Below, one piece after another: positions 39,340 through 49,782 of a stretch of 64,000 bases of DNA. This DNA comes from Spirochaetia bacterium (GTDB lineage Bacteria > Spirochaetota > Spirochaetia > DSM-2461): contig CAXXIA010000001.1 of assembly GCA_963666985.2 (NCBI GenBank), positions 384,001 through 448,000 of the forward strand, given 5' to 3'. The notes under the pieces are model-generated. The model was not told the DNA's origin, did no database searches, and saw nothing but the letters and a program-made list of their open reading frames with translations. The position numbers and the translations under genes are program-made. How positions within the stretch are numbered: position 1 is the stretch's first letter; every line of letters starts with the position of its first letter.

Positions 39340-39618
39340 ATGGAATGGAGAGCCAGTCACATCCTCGTAAAAGACCGCGCTTTGGCGCAGGATCTGCTGA
39401 GGCGGATTAAATCGGGCGGCGTGCGTTTCGAACAGCTTGCCCTTGAGCATTCAACGTGCCCGAGCCGCTCCAAAGGGGGCGACTTGGGGTGGTTCGGTCC
39501 GGGAAAGATGGTGGCTCAGTTCGAAGCCGCCTGCAAACGGCTGTCGCCGGGATCTGTTTCCGATGTAGTTCAGACACAGTTCGGTTACCACATTATCAAA
39601 TTGACCGGTCGAAAGTAG
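39340..39618 (+). CDS. ppiC: Parvulin peptidyl-prolyl isomerase
   Basis: ASHILV, HSTCPS..GGDLGWF, TQFGYHII. Confidence 0.9.
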   Translation: MEWRASHILVKDRALAQDLLRRIKSGGVRFEQLALEHSTCPSRSKGGDLGWFGPGKMVAQFEAACKRLSPGSVSDVVQTQFGYHIIKLTGRK

Positions 39619-39620
39619 GC

Positions 39621-40523
39621 CTATAACTCGGCCCGCTTTCGAAAGAGAACTCTGAAGTTCACCTGCGAGATCATAACGCCGCCGATTATAAGGGCCATAC
39701 CGGCCGTACGGGAGCCCGTGAGCGGTTCATTGAGAAAAGCGGCCGATAAGCCCGCGGCGATGAAAGGCACCAGATAGATAAACTGACTGGCTTTCACGGC
39801 GCCGAGATTGCGAATCGCCGCGGCCCAGCTCCAGAAACATACGGCCGAGGCCAGAGTCCCGAGGAACAGAAAATGCCCGATGTTCGATGGAACGGCGAGA
39901 TCGGTCCATCGCGGGATGTTCCCGGTTGCCGCCGAAACCCCGGCGATGACAATCCAGCCGTAGGTGAGTGTTTTGCGGGTAAGCGTGAGCGAGGGGATGT
40001 TCGGATCGACTCCGCGAAGAAGAAGTGTGTACAGGGCAAAACACAGAGCCGCCCCAAGTGCGGCGAGATCGCCCTTCCAGGAAAGACCGGCCCGGCCGGA
40101 ACCGCTTAACAGAATAATCATGCCGGCCATGGAAACGAGAAAAGCGGCCGGGATTTTCGGAGAGAATTTTTCTTCTGCATAGAAAAGGGGGCCGGCCAGG
40201 CCGGTCCAGAGAGGAATCGTGGTAACGATGACGGCGACATTCGAGGCATAGGTGTGAGCGGCCGCCAGATTTTCCAGAAAGTAGTACAGGAAAATTCCGG
40301 AAAGGCCCGCCGCGGCAATACGGAGTTCCTCTTGCAGCCGAAACGGTCTTTTGCGGGGAGGCGCCAGGATCGTCATCAGCACCAGGCCGATGCTGAAACG
40401 GACCAGTGAAATTTCCAGGGGAGCGAATGTCTGCACAAGAATCTTGGTGGAAATGTAGGTACTGCTCCATACGACGATGGAGAAAAGAGCGGTGAGATAA
40501 CCGCGGGCAGGGGATTGTTTCAT
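39621..40523 (-). CDS. DMT/EamA transporter
   Basis: ~10 TM, duplicated EamA pattern. Confidence 0.88.
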   Translation of the reverse strand: MKQSPARGYLTALFSIVVWSSTYISTKILVQTFAPLEISLVRFSIGLVLMTILAPPRKRPFRLQEELRIAAAGLSGIFLYYFLENLAAAHTYASNVAVIVTTIPLWTGLAGPLFYAEEKFSPKIPAAFLVSMAGMIILLSGSGRAGLSWKGDLAALGAALCFALYTLLLRGVDPNIPSLTLTRKTLTYGWIVIAGVSAATGNIPRWTDLAVPSNIGHFLFLGTLASAVCFWSWAAAIRNLGAVKASQFIYLVPFIAAGLSAAFLNEPLTGSRTAGMALIIGGVMISQVNFRVLFRKRAEL

Positions 40524-40532
40524 ATCCCTTTT

Positions 40533-41438
40533 TTAAAGTGATTCCACCGTGCTCCGATTGGACGAAATTGCTTTTTGATATTCCGAGGGCAAAATTCCCG
40601 TGTAGCGCTTGAACTGTCTGATGAAGTGGCTTTGATCCGAAAATCCGCAGTCCTGGGCAATCTCGGTTAACGAATCGTTTTTACGCATCAGGGTGAGGGC
40701 TTTGCGAATTCGTCCGTCGGTCAGACTCGAATGAGGAGTCAGGCCGTAGCGTCGGGAGTATTTTCGAAGAAAATCGTACTTGCTCATTCCGGCGAAGGAT
40801 GCCATCTCTTCGATGCTCAGGGTCCGTTCGGGATTCTCCGTGATGATTCGATGCACGTTATCCAGAAGGGGTTGGGAATCGGCGTTTTCGCCGGTGGAAC
40901 CGCCTCCATGGGGAGTGAAGCCGCCCTTATCGAATTCGGAAGCGCCTCCGGCACCGTTATCGGTTGGAGGGCCTTTCCGGTTATGGGCTTTGATATTCGC
41001 CGAAGCGGCTTTGGGGGTCGGCAAGAGAGAAACAAGTGCGCCGCTCAGCTCCTGTTCCATCGAGTCCAAATCCCGGCCGTTCGTCAGACGGGCGAAGAAT
41101 TCTTTCCATTGACTTGATGCGCGGGGTGAGTGCGGAGCGATCAGATGAGCGTCCATGCCCGTATTTTCAATAAACCACGCGGGATTGAAGTAGAGCATAT
41201 GGAAATTGAATCGATCCGGATCCGAGGGAATGCAGAGATGCGCGAAATCAGGCGGAATGACGATGAGATCGCCTTCTTTCAGGCTGAAGTTCAGTCCTTC
41301 AACGGTGACACAAGCCGAACCGCTGAGAATGATTCCTATGGAGAGTTCTTCGTGGGTATGCGGACGTTCCGAAAACGTATCGGGACCCTGTTTGGACTTC
41401 ATGGAAAGGAAGGGGAGCTTGGGAATTTCGAGAATCAT
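40533..41438 (-). CDS. AraC-family regulator
   Basis: PHTHEE cupin; CGFSDQSHFIRQFKR..G; start inferred. Confidence 0.85.
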   Translation of the reverse strand: MILEIPKLPFLSMKSKQGPDTFSERPHTHEELSIGIILSGSACVTVEGLNFSLKEGDLIVIPPDFAHLCIPSDPDRFNFHMLYFNPAWFIENTGMDAHLIAPHSPRASSQWKEFFARLTNGRDLDSMEQELSGALVSLLPTPKAASANIKAHNRKGPPTDNGAGGASEFDKGGFTPHGGGSTGENADSQPLLDNVHRIITENPERTLSIEEMASFAGMSKYDFLRKYSRRYGLTPHSSLTDGRIRKALTLMRKNDSLTEIAQDCGFSDQSHFIRQFKRYTGILPSEYQKAISSNRSTVESL

Positions 41439-41619
41439 CGGAACGAATATAACGAATCGAAAGAGCCGAACCAAGGGAAGATGGACTTGATTCGCCGATT
41501 TCAGCCCTCCGGCGCCGCTTATAGAGCGATGATCAAGAAATCGGCGCCGTTCATGAGGGTTCGCTTCCGGCTGCTCGCGGCATCGGAAAGGCCGCACTCC
41601 ATGGAACCGGATTCGGCCG

Positions 41620-42837
41620 TCAGCCCAGAGCTTTGATGATCCGTCCGACGGCGTCATCCACGGCTTCATGGTCATTGAAAGCCGAAATGCGGATGAATCC
41701 TTCGCCCATTTTGCCGAAACCGCTTCCGGGTGTTACCACGACATCGGCCTCTTTTAAAAGGAGATCGAAGGTGTCCCAGGAGTCCCTTCCGGTTTTCACC
41801 CAAAGGTAAGGACTGTTCACGCCGCCCCAAACCTCGAAGCCGATTTTTTCCATGGCTTTTCGAATGATTTTCGCGTTGCCCAGGTAATAGGTGATGAGAT
41901 CGGCGGTTTCTCTGGAACCTTCGGGGGTGTATACGGCCGCCGCCGCTTTTTGTACCGGGTAGGAAACGCCGTTGAATTTCGTGGAGTGTCTGCGGTTCCA
42001 CATGTCGCGGAGTTTGATTCCTCCGATGCTGATGGCGTTCGGTACCACCGTGTAGGCGCAGCGAGTGCCGGTAAAGCCCGCCGTTTTCGAAAAGCTTCTG
42101 AATTCAACGGAACATGTTTCGGCGCCGGGGATTTCATAGATGCTTTTGGGAAGTTCCGGATCCGTAATAAAGGCCTCGTAAGCGGCGTCGAAGAGCAGGA
42201 TCGATCCCTTGGATTTTGCCCAGTCCACCCATTCGGTAAGCTGGGCCTTCGTGGCCGTCGCGCCGGTGGGATTGTTCGGGAAGCAGAGGTAGACCAGATC
42301 GGCGTTTTTCCCTTTGAGAGCATCCGGCGAAGGGACGAAACCGTTCTCCGGGGTTCCTTCAATATAGAGAAGACCGTCGTATCGGCCGTCGACGGAGTTC
42401 CCGGTGCGGCCCGCCATAACGTGAGATTCCACATAAACCGGGTAAACGGGATCGGGAACCGCGACGGTGATGTCGGTCGTGAAGAGTTCCTGAAAGTTTC
42501 CGGTGTCGCATTTCGCGCCGTCCGATACGAAAATATCGTCCGCAGAAATCGAACATCCGCGTGAGGCGTAGTCGGCCTCGGCAATGGCGTTCCTCAGGAA
42601 CGCATAGCCCTGCTCCGGGCCGTATCCTCTGAAGGTCGCCGCGTCGGCCATTTCATCCACCCCTTCGTGAAAGGCGTTGATGATGGACGGCGGAAGAGGG
42701 CGGGTAACATCCCCGATTCCGAGTTTGATGATTTTTTTGTCGGGGTTGGCGGAGATATAGTCGGTAACCCGCCGATTGATTTCAACGAAGAGGTAGCTGG
42801 ACTGCAGCTTGGCGTAATGTGTATTCAGGCGAATCAT
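41620..42837 (-). CDS. dapL: LL-diaminopimelate aminotransferase
   Basis: LGIGDVT, GYGPEQG, SDGAKCD, PNNPTG, SFSKTAGFTGTR, TKFNG. Confidence 0.93.
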   Translation of the reverse strand: MIRLNTHYAKLQSSYLFVEINRRVTDYISANPDKKIIKLGIGDVTRPLPPSIINAFHEGVDEMADAATFRGYGPEQGYAFLRNAIAEADYASRGCSISADDIFVSDGAKCDTGNFQELFTTDITVAVPDPVYPVYVESHVMAGRTGNSVDGRYDGLLYIEGTPENGFVPSPDALKGKNADLVYLCFPNNPTGATATKAQLTEWVDWAKSKGSILLFDAAYEAFITDPELPKSIYEIPGAETCSVEFRSFSKTAGFTGTRCAYTVVPNAISIGGIKLRDMWNRRHSTKFNGVSYPVQKAAAAVYTPEGSRETADLITYYLGNAKIIRKAMEKIGFEVWGGVNSPYLWVKTGRDSWDTFDLLLKEADVVVTPGSGFGKMGEGFIRISAFNDHEAVDDAVGRIIKALG

Positions 42838-42993
42838 AAGTCCATCCTAATAAATGAGCGTGAATTGTGGAAGCGGCGCGGGAGGAGAGAGCGGAGTGCG
42901 GTTTTTCATCCGGAGCTATCCGGACGGTGAGTCGTCCGGCGGAGAGGCAAAAATCGCATAGACTCATCCTCTTTGAACCGCTATCGTATTCAT

Positions 42994-43881
42994 ATGCTGA
43001 TCAAAGACATCCTGACCGTCGGGAAAACGGCCGTAAGTTTTGAATTTTTCCCTCCCAAAACACCCAAAGGGTGGGAGGTTTTGTTTGAGACCATCGCCGA
43101 TCTAACGGTTTTGAAGCCGGCCTATGTAAGTGTTACTTACGGAGCGGGCGGTTCCACCCGAGACAGAACGCACGATCTTGTTACCCGGATTCATGAAGAG
43201 ACCGATCTTGAAGTGGTTGCTCATCTGACATGCGTCGGGCATCGATTCGATGAAATCAAGAGAATCCTCGATCGTTATGCCGAAAGCGGCATCGGCAATA
43301 TTCTCGCTCTCCGCGGAGATCCTCCCGCCGATAAGGCGGTCGACGGGACTTTCGACGGAGATTTTCCCTATGCTTCCGATCTTGTGGCTTTTATCCGGGA
43401 TATTCATCCCGAAATGGGCATCGGCGTTGCCGGATTCCCCGAGGGGCATTCGGCCGTTACCAATCGCCTAACGGAGCTGGAGCATTTAAAAGAGAAAGTC
43501 GACGCGGGAGCCGATTACATCGTTACCCAGCTTTTTTTCGACAACCGGGATTATTTCGACTATGTGGAGCGCTGCCGCCTTGCCGGAATCGGCATTCCGG
43601 TTATAGCGGGAATCATGCCGATTACCGGCGGAAAGAACATGCTCAGGATGGCCGAACTTTCCCCCAGAACCCGTTTCCCGGCCGGATTAATCCGTACCGT
43701 GGAGAGGGCCGGAACCGAAGAGCGGATTGAAATGGCCGGAACGCATTGGGCCGCCGAGCAGGTTCGGGATCTTCTGGACCACGGAGTTCCGGGAATCCAT
43801 CTTTATACGCTGAATCATTCGGCGGCCACTCTCCGTATCGGGGAATCTTTGGGATTGGCCGGATTCGACGACCTTCTCTGA
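42994..43881 (+). CDS. metF: 5,10-methylenetetrahydrofolate reductase
   Basis: SFEFFPPK, VTYGAGG, AHLTC, ALRGDPP, TQLFFD, HLYTLN. Confidence 0.95.
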   Translation: MLIKDILTVGKTAVSFEFFPPKTPKGWEVLFETIADLTVLKPAYVSVTYGAGGSTRDRTHDLVTRIHEETDLEVVAHLTCVGHRFDEIKRILDRYAESGIGNILALRGDPPADKAVDGTFDGDFPYASDLVAFIRDIHPEMGIGVAGFPEGHSAVTNRLTELEHLKEKVDAGADYIVTQLFFDNRDYFDYVERCRLAGIGIPVIAGIMPITGGKNMLRMAELSPRTRFPAGLIRTVERAGTEERIEMAGTHWAAEQVRDLLDHGVPGIHLYTLNHSAATLRIGESLGLAGFDDLL

Positions 43882-44129
43882 TAAGATTCTTCGGAGATCG
43901 GCGTACTCCTGTGTGGCGTCCCGGTCCGTTTCCTGCGGAGGGGAGGCTTGCGGAAACTGTATCGTTGAATTACAAAGGCGGCCGGCGAAGAGTCACTATA
44001 CCCGCCCCTTGGATTCAATTCACGCCGATCCTCCGCCGTTTCGCTGTTTTGGAATTTCCGGAACACCGCGCGAGCCGATGAAAAGCGCGCGGCTCAAGAG
44101 ATTCCGCGAAAGCAAAGATCGTGTGAAAA

Positions 44130-45224
44130 TCAGTCTTTCCCGACGGTCTTTTCAACGGCTTTTCGATAGTCGTTTGCTCGTTTTTTCAGAAGGCGGTTCA
44201 TTCTGGCGGCGGCGCCGGCCGAAGGGATTTTCATCCGTATGTCGGGAAAATCCTGAGCGGCCTGTGGGGATGAAGCCTCGTCGATGAAATCCTCGATGGG
44301 AGAGACCGCACGGAACGCGAAAGGGGTAACAACGACTAAATCGGCCTCCTTCTCCGGTGCCGCCGCCTCCCATCCTTCGAAAGGAAGCGATGCGGTCTCG
44401 AAGGCAAAGCTCCGGTCCCGAATATCGCGGCGAGCGCTTTCGGTTCCGATGATGTCGTGTCGAGGCAGATAATGGGCGACAACATAAGGATTCGTAATAC
44501 CGGCGCCGCTTTTAAGCCGGGGAAGATCTTCGGCTCTAACCCAAAGAATTCCTTGAAAAGGTTTCTGATTCCCGATCATTTCCTCCGCATCGTCGGCGTA
44601 TTCATTCTCTTCGGCCGCGTTCTCCGGGGTGGTTTCGGGATTTTCAAGAAGGGACGAATCCGAATCGGCGTTCGCCGACTGAAGAATCCCCGGATTAAAC
44701 ACACGGTTTGTGGAGAGAGGCAGAAGCTTTATCGGTTCTTCATCCGGCGCAAGGTACGAATTGAACGTTCTGACATAGAGAATAAAATCCCGGTACTCAC
44801 GGTAGCCGAGGGAAGCGTCGGCGTTCAAAAGCAGCTTCTCGGCGTCTTTTACGGCCTCCGATTCGCCGAGGTTGCGGTCGGAAAGAAAAGTGTTTAATGA
44901 ATTCATGAAATTTGAGTTTAAAAAGAAGATGCCCCATTCCCTGATTCCCGAATCATAGAGAGCGGGCAGGAGACTGATCGCCAAATCAACCGTATCGGCC
45001 CGCATGGCATTATCCTGTAAGAGAATAACGGTTGCACCCGCATCATGGGCCTCCGCTATGAGATCCGCCGGAGACGGTCTGTCGGTATCCAGCCATTGAT
45101 GGAAATTCAGCGCGTTGGCGGAGGAGTATAACGCCTCGTTATTTCCGCAGGAGAGGAGGAACAGCGTCGCGGCGGTGAGTAGGAGAACGCGAAGCCTGTT
45201 CCCGATTATGAACTTATTCGACAT
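44130..45224 (-). CDS. Hypothetical lipoprotein
   Basis: Lipobox-like FLLSC after a hydrophobic stretch. Confidence 0.6.
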   Translation of the reverse strand: MSNKFIIGNRLRVLLLTAATLFLLSCGNNEALYSSANALNFHQWLDTDRPSPADLIAEAHDAGATVILLQDNAMRADTVDLAISLLPALYDSGIREWGIFFLNSNFMNSLNTFLSDRNLGESEAVKDAEKLLLNADASLGYREYRDFILYVRTFNSYLAPDEEPIKLLPLSTNRVFNPGILQSANADSDSSLLENPETTPENAAEENEYADDAEEMIGNQKPFQGILWVRAEDLPRLKSGAGITNPYVVAHYLPRHDIIGTESARRDIRDRSFAFETASLPFEGWEAAAPEKEADLVVVTPFAFRAVSPIEDFIDEASSPQAAQDFPDIRMKIPSAGAAARMNRLLKKRANDYRKAVEKTVGKD

Positions 45225-45612
45225 GAATACCTTCTTCTTTCAGTCTCGCGGCAAGCCGGTCGGCATCGGTTCGCTTCAGCCTGATGCTTACGGGTTTAAA
45301 ACCTTTGGAATCCAATGTCAGGCGATTTGCGGAGCGGCGTTTGCAGCTGCGGATTCCGTTAAAGGGATGAGATTCGGCATTGTGCCTGTAATGCAGATAT
45401 AAAAGTAACCGATCCGATTCAACGCGAACCAGAGGACTCTTGTTCCCGTAGATCACCAGAAATGTAACCAGAACAATCCCACCGAGATAGACCGATGTGT
45501 CCTGAATGGTGAAATTGACCAAGAGAGGCCGAAGGGCCGGAAAAAACGGCAGCAGATACAGATAATGGACAAACCGCGTCACAGGATGTCTTTTCAGGAC
45601 GAGTGGGGTCAT
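45214..45612 (-). CDS. Hypothetical membrane protein
   Basis: 2 TM segments; overlaps the next gene's start. Confidence 0.6.
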   Translation of the reverse strand: MTPLVLKRHPVTRFVHYLYLLPFFPALRPLLVNFTIQDTSVYLGGIVLVTFLVIYGNKSPLVRVESDRLLLYLHYRHNAESHPFNGIRSCKRRSANRLTLDSKGFKPVSIRLKRTDADRLAARLKEEGIHVE

Positions 45613-45793
45613 CGGGATATCCTACGTCTTAATCGGTCTTCCGGTCCAGCGGGCGGTTAAGGGATGCGGAGTGAAGATGACCCCGAATGGGAATCCCGCC
45701 GGATTCTTCCCGGTATGGTATGCCGATACTTCCTTCATGCGGCGAGGGATTATCAAACCGCCTCATCTCATCATGAACGTTTTTAACATCCCG

Positions 45794-46720
45794 CTAGAGA
45801 TCCGCCCGAATGCAGCGGTTGCGTCCTTCCTCTTTTGCCTTATAAAGGGCCTTATCCGCCGCGGCGATGAGCTCGGCGGGACCGTCGGCTCCCGGACCGA
45901 ACGAAGCGAGCCCCATACTGATGGTTACCTTGCGGCCCGCGATGTCTCCGGCGCGCGCTTCGATGGCCTTTCGGGCTTTTTCCGCCACAAAAAAAGCCCC
46001 GTCGAGATCCGTTTCCGGCAATATAAGGACCATTTCCTCACCGCCGTAGCGTGCGGCGACATCCGAAGCTCTGCAGCTTCCTTTTAAGAGATCGGCTACG
46101 GCTCTGAGAACTTCGTCACCTTTTTGATGACCGAAATCATCATTATAACTCTTGAATTTATCGATATCGCCCATAACCAAGCTTAACGGCCGTCCGTATC
46201 GGGCCGACCGATCAACCTCTTCTTTGAGTTTCATGTCGAAATAACGGCGGTTGAAGAGACCCGTAAGCTGGTCGCGGAACGCCATGTCCGAGAGGGAGTC
46301 CCTCTTTTGGTTGTAGTAGCGTTTGAGTTCCCGAATTTTTTCCGCGGTTTTCGGATTGTCCGTTTCCTTGACGAGTTCATGGATTTTGCTTTCGAAAATC
46401 AGCGTATCGTCGGGGCTCGGCTGGGAATCATGCTCTCCGGATGTAACGATATACTGAAGATCGTGCGGACCGATACGAATCTTATCTCCATCGAGAAGGC
46501 GGATGGTTCCGGCTTTCCCGCCATTCACATATGTTCCGTTTGTGCTTTGCAGATCAACAAGAGCGAAACCGGTTCCGGACCATTTTAACGCCGCATGACG
46601 GCGGGAAACTCGTTCGTCGGGCAGTATGATGTCCACATCGCGGGAACGCCCGATAAGATATTGCCGTCCTTTGGCGAGTTTGATGTGTGTATCAAGATAG
46701 TACAGATAGTGCTCTTCCAT
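45794..46720 (-). CDS. FHA-domain diguanylate cyclase
   Basis: FHA GRS..VSRRHA..STNGT; GGDEF domain DQLTGLFNRR, DIDKFK, RYGGEE. Confidence 0.92.
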   Translation of the reverse strand: MEEHYLYYLDTHIKLAKGRQYLIGRSRDVDIILPDERVSRRHAALKWSGTGFALVDLQSTNGTYVNGGKAGTIRLLDGDKIRIGPHDLQYIVTSGEHDSQPSPDDTLIFESKIHELVKETDNPKTAEKIRELKRYYNQKRDSLSDMAFRDQLTGLFNRRYFDMKLKEEVDRSARYGRPLSLVMGDIDKFKSYNDDFGHQKGDEVLRAVADLLKGSCRASDVAARYGGEEMVLILPETDLDGAFFVAEKARKAIEARAGDIAGRKVTISMGLASFGPGADGPAELIAAADKALYKAKEEGRNRCIRADL

Positions 46721-46931
46721 ATGTTCCCGTCCTCAGTTTAAGGGGCGTGTAAAGGGGCATCAAGATGCTGTGCCTGTGAGTGATTGTAACGCGTGAGACG
46801 GCCGCGTCGGCAAACGGTGTTTTCTCTTGCCGGCGCGGCCTTGAGCGGTTTGAGCACGCCGCCGGGGTGGATCGCCGTATTTTCCTTGCCGATGGAGAAG
46901 AACTCCGTGCTTTCCTCGCCGCCGGGGCAAA

Positions 46932-48053
46932 TCATTCCAGATTCTCAGGGTTCAGCCCCTCAAGCTCCGGAAGAATGAAACGGCCGTTTTTCCGAATCAG
47001 AACATCATCAAACCAAATCTCACCGCCTCCGCTGTTTTCTTCCTGCAGGAGTACGATATCCCAGTGAAGGGCGGATTTATTGCCGTTCGGCGCTTCATCG
47101 TAACTGTTTCCGGGTGTGAAATGGATGCTCCCGCGGATTTTTTCATCAAAGAGCGTATTATTGACCGGTTTTTCCACATAGGGATTCACGCCCAGGGCGA
47201 ATTCTCCGATGTACCTGGCTCCCTCATCCACATTCAGCACAGTGTTGATTCTTTCGGTATCGTTGGCCGTTGCCTCGACGATGCGCCCGTTTTCAAAACG
47301 AAAGCGGATATTCGTGAATTGGAAACCGTCATGAATGGATGCGGTGTTATAGGCGATAATCCCTTCAACCGATTTTTTAACCGGTGCGGTATAGATTTCT
47401 CCGTCCGGGATGTTGCATTCGCCGAAGCAGGGAACAACCGGAATATCCTTGATGCTGAAAGAAAGATCCGTTTCTCCGGGACCAAGAATCCGCACCCGAT
47501 CCGTTCTCTCCATCAATTCCTTCAGCGGAAGCATGGCATAACCCATCGCTTTGTAGTCCACCGAGCAAACCCGATAATACCAGTCTTCAAACGCCTCAAG
47601 ACTCATCCCCGCGGACTGAGCGAAAGCCGGTGTCGGATATCGAAGAACCACCCAGCGGGTTTTGGGAAGGCGAATCTTCATGTGGACCGGATTCACATAA
47701 TGTTCCTGGTAAAGCGCCATTGTTTCACCGGGAATATCCGCCAGCTCCAGAGCGTTCTCGGGCGCCGTGAAACCCACATACGCATCCATGAGCCGCATCT
47801 GTGCGGCATCGGCCTCGGCCGCCAGGTCCATTTGCGCGGTATCGGCCTCTTTGAGCCATTCGCGCAGAGTTGAGGGATGATCGATTTTATAAACAGGGTA
47901 GGCGCCGGCCTCTTTTGAAGCCTTAATAACGGCCCTGATCAGGGGTTCCGAAAGAAGTCCGTTCCCCTGAATGAGAACTTTTTCACCTTTTTGGAGTTTC
48001 AGAGAGTGATTCACGATGATATCGGCGAGTTTGTCGTTTCTGGAATCGTACAT
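46932..48053 (-). CDS. Aminopeptidase, M29 (AmpS/PepS) family
   Basis: NIPDGEIYTAP, GEFALG, LFDEKI..SIH, SALHWD. Confidence 0.9.
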   Translation of the reverse strand: MYDSRNDKLADIIVNHSLKLQKGEKVLIQGNGLLSEPLIRAVIKASKEAGAYPVYKIDHPSTLREWLKEADTAQMDLAAEADAAQMRLMDAYVGFTAPENALELADIPGETMALYQEHYVNPVHMKIRLPKTRWVVLRYPTPAFAQSAGMSLEAFEDWYYRVCSVDYKAMGYAMLPLKELMERTDRVRILGPGETDLSFSIKDIPVVPCFGECNIPDGEIYTAPVKKSVEGIIAYNTASIHDGFQFTNIRFRFENGRIVEATANDTERINTVLNVDEGARYIGEFALGVNPYVEKPVNNTLFDEKIRGSIHFTPGNSYDEAPNGNKSALHWDIVLLQEENSGGGEIWFDDVLIRKNGRFILPELEGLNPENLE

Positions 48054-48150
48054 ACGAGGGATGATAGCGAGATCTCTGCCGAACGTGAAGAGAATTGAAT
48101 CTGCTGGGGATAATCCCGCCGTGCGTTCAGCGGGGCCGCCGCTTGGTTTT

Positions 48151-49782
48151 CTATTCTTGCCGTTCCAAAGCGGCAATTTCCCCGGCCAAATAAAAAGATC
48201 CGGTTACCAGAATGGGCCGACTCTCGCCGGCCGTCTCCAGAGCCCGCGACCAAGCTTCCGCGGTATCGGGAATAAGATTCACCGCCGCGCCGACACGGCG
48301 GAAGGCTTCGGCGATTCCCGGAGGATCGCTGCGCTTAAAGGTTCCAGGCGTACTGATAATCACGTCGGTAAACGCCGGATGCCTTCCGCCGCAGAGCTCT
48401 TTCGCCATTCCCTCGACATCTTTTCCCAGGGCGCAGCCGAAGATGAGGATGGGGGAGGGCATCGGCCGGGAATCCGCGGCCGTCGAACGGACAACCTCCA
48501 AAAACGCATCACGAAGAGCCGCCGCGGAGTGCGGAGTATGGGCACCGTCGATAATGACCGGCGGCGATGTTCGCAGCCAATGAAATCGGCCCGGAAGACG
48601 GATGTCTTGCAGAACATCGCCCGCTGAGCTGTTATCGGAAAGCGAGGATTCCAGGGAACGGGCCGCCAGGAGCGCCAGGGCGGCGTTTTCCGCCTGAATC
48701 CGCCCGCCCATCCGCAGCCGAATAATCTCCTCTTTCCCGTCCTTCCAGAAAAGTTTCCAGGTAAAGAAGTGCTGTTTGACATCGGCCTTCCATACGGGCG
48801 GCGCGGAGGGTGCCGAGGAGAGTGCGGCGTCGGATATGGCGGCGGGAGCGGCCGGATTTTCAACCGGTGTTGATAACGCGGCCGCTCCCGCGGAGGGCGG
48901 ATTCTCCGCTGTATCCCGTATTGAAAGACTTCCCGAAGGCGGATCGGCATGGACCGCGGAAATCGACATGAGGGCCGAGTCGATTCGTGTTAAGGGCACG
49001 CCCATTTTCCGGGCGCTTCTGCGAAATACGCGCATTGCCGCGGGATTTTGCCGCGCCGACCAAGCCCGCGTTCCGGCTTTGAGAATCCCGGCTTTCTCTT
49101 GGGCAATCTGAGAAAGGGTTCGTCCCAAAATCTCCGTGTGTTCTTTCTCAATCGGCGTGAAGAAGACGGCCTCGGGACGCAGAATGATATTGGTGGCATC
49201 CAGCCGTCCGCCGAGTCCCGTTTCCAGAACGACCGTGTCGCAGCCGCATTCGTTAAAAAGGAGGAAGGCGAAAAGTGTCAGAAGCTCGAAAGTCGTGGCG
49301 CCGCCTTCACCGGCCAAATTCGATTCAACTTCCGGCAGCTTCTTCAGAAGCGTACGGCCGACACTTAAGGCCGCTTCTTCAGGGAATGCTTCTCCTTCAA
49401 TGCGGAAGCGCTCCCTGTAATCGACCAGATGCGGCGATCCGTAAACACCGACACGTCTGCCTGCGGCATGCAGCAGCGCCGCCATATAAGAGGCAACCGA
49501 GCCCTTGCCCTTGGAACCGGCGATATGAACCGTCCTGCAGCGCTCTTGGGGATCGCCGAAGGCCCCGCAGAGCACGCGCATCCTATCAAGCCTGTAGACA
49601 CGGTTCGGATTCCCCGGAGGCAAGCCCTTTTCAAGGTTCGTACGGGCCTCGAAAGCGGCGAAAACTTCATCCAGATCGGTCGGCAGGGCCTGCCTTTCCG
49701 ATGATTTCGATAATGAATCTTCATCGCGAACCACAGGGAGACTTCGGACCGGCTTCGGCCCTTCGAATGAATTCTTCTTCAC
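48151..49782 (-). CDS. folC: Folylpolyglutamate/dihydrofolate synthase
   Basis: HIAGSKGKGS, SPHL, ETGLGGRLDATN, DGAHT, TGSFYLAG. Confidence 0.9.
   Translation of the reverse strand: MKKNSFEGPKPVRSLPVVRDEDSLSKSSERQALPTDLDEVFAAFEARTNLEKGLPPGNPNRVYRLDRMRVLCGAFGDPQERCRTVHIAGSKGKGSVASYMAALLHAAGRRVGVYGSPHLVDYRERFRIEGEAFPEEAALSVGRTLLKKLPEVESNLAGEGGATTFELLTLFAFLLFNECGCDTVVLETGLGGRLDATNIILRPEAVFFTPIEKEHTEILGRTLSQIAQEKAGILKAGTRAWSARQNPAAMRVFRRSARKMGVPLTRIDSALMSISAVHADPPSGSLSIRDTAENPPSAGAAALSTPVENPAAPAAISDAALSSAPSAPPVWKADVKQHFFTWKLFWKDGKEEIIRLRMGGRIQAENAALALLAARSLESSLSDNSSAGDVLQDIRLPGRFHWLRTSPPVIIDGAHTPHSAAALRDAFLEVVRSTAADSRPMPSPILIFGCALGKDVEGMAKELCGGRHPAFTDVIISTPGTFKRSDPPGIAEAFRRVGAAVNLIPDTAEAWSRALETAGESRPILVTGSFYLAGEIAALERQE

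Noticed and set aside
42838..42993. SAM/SAH riboswitch upstream of metF (also checked 11265-11453)
   Set aside because: Hairpins are present, but no recognisable SAM-I or SAH consensus by eye; an Infernal scan would settle it.
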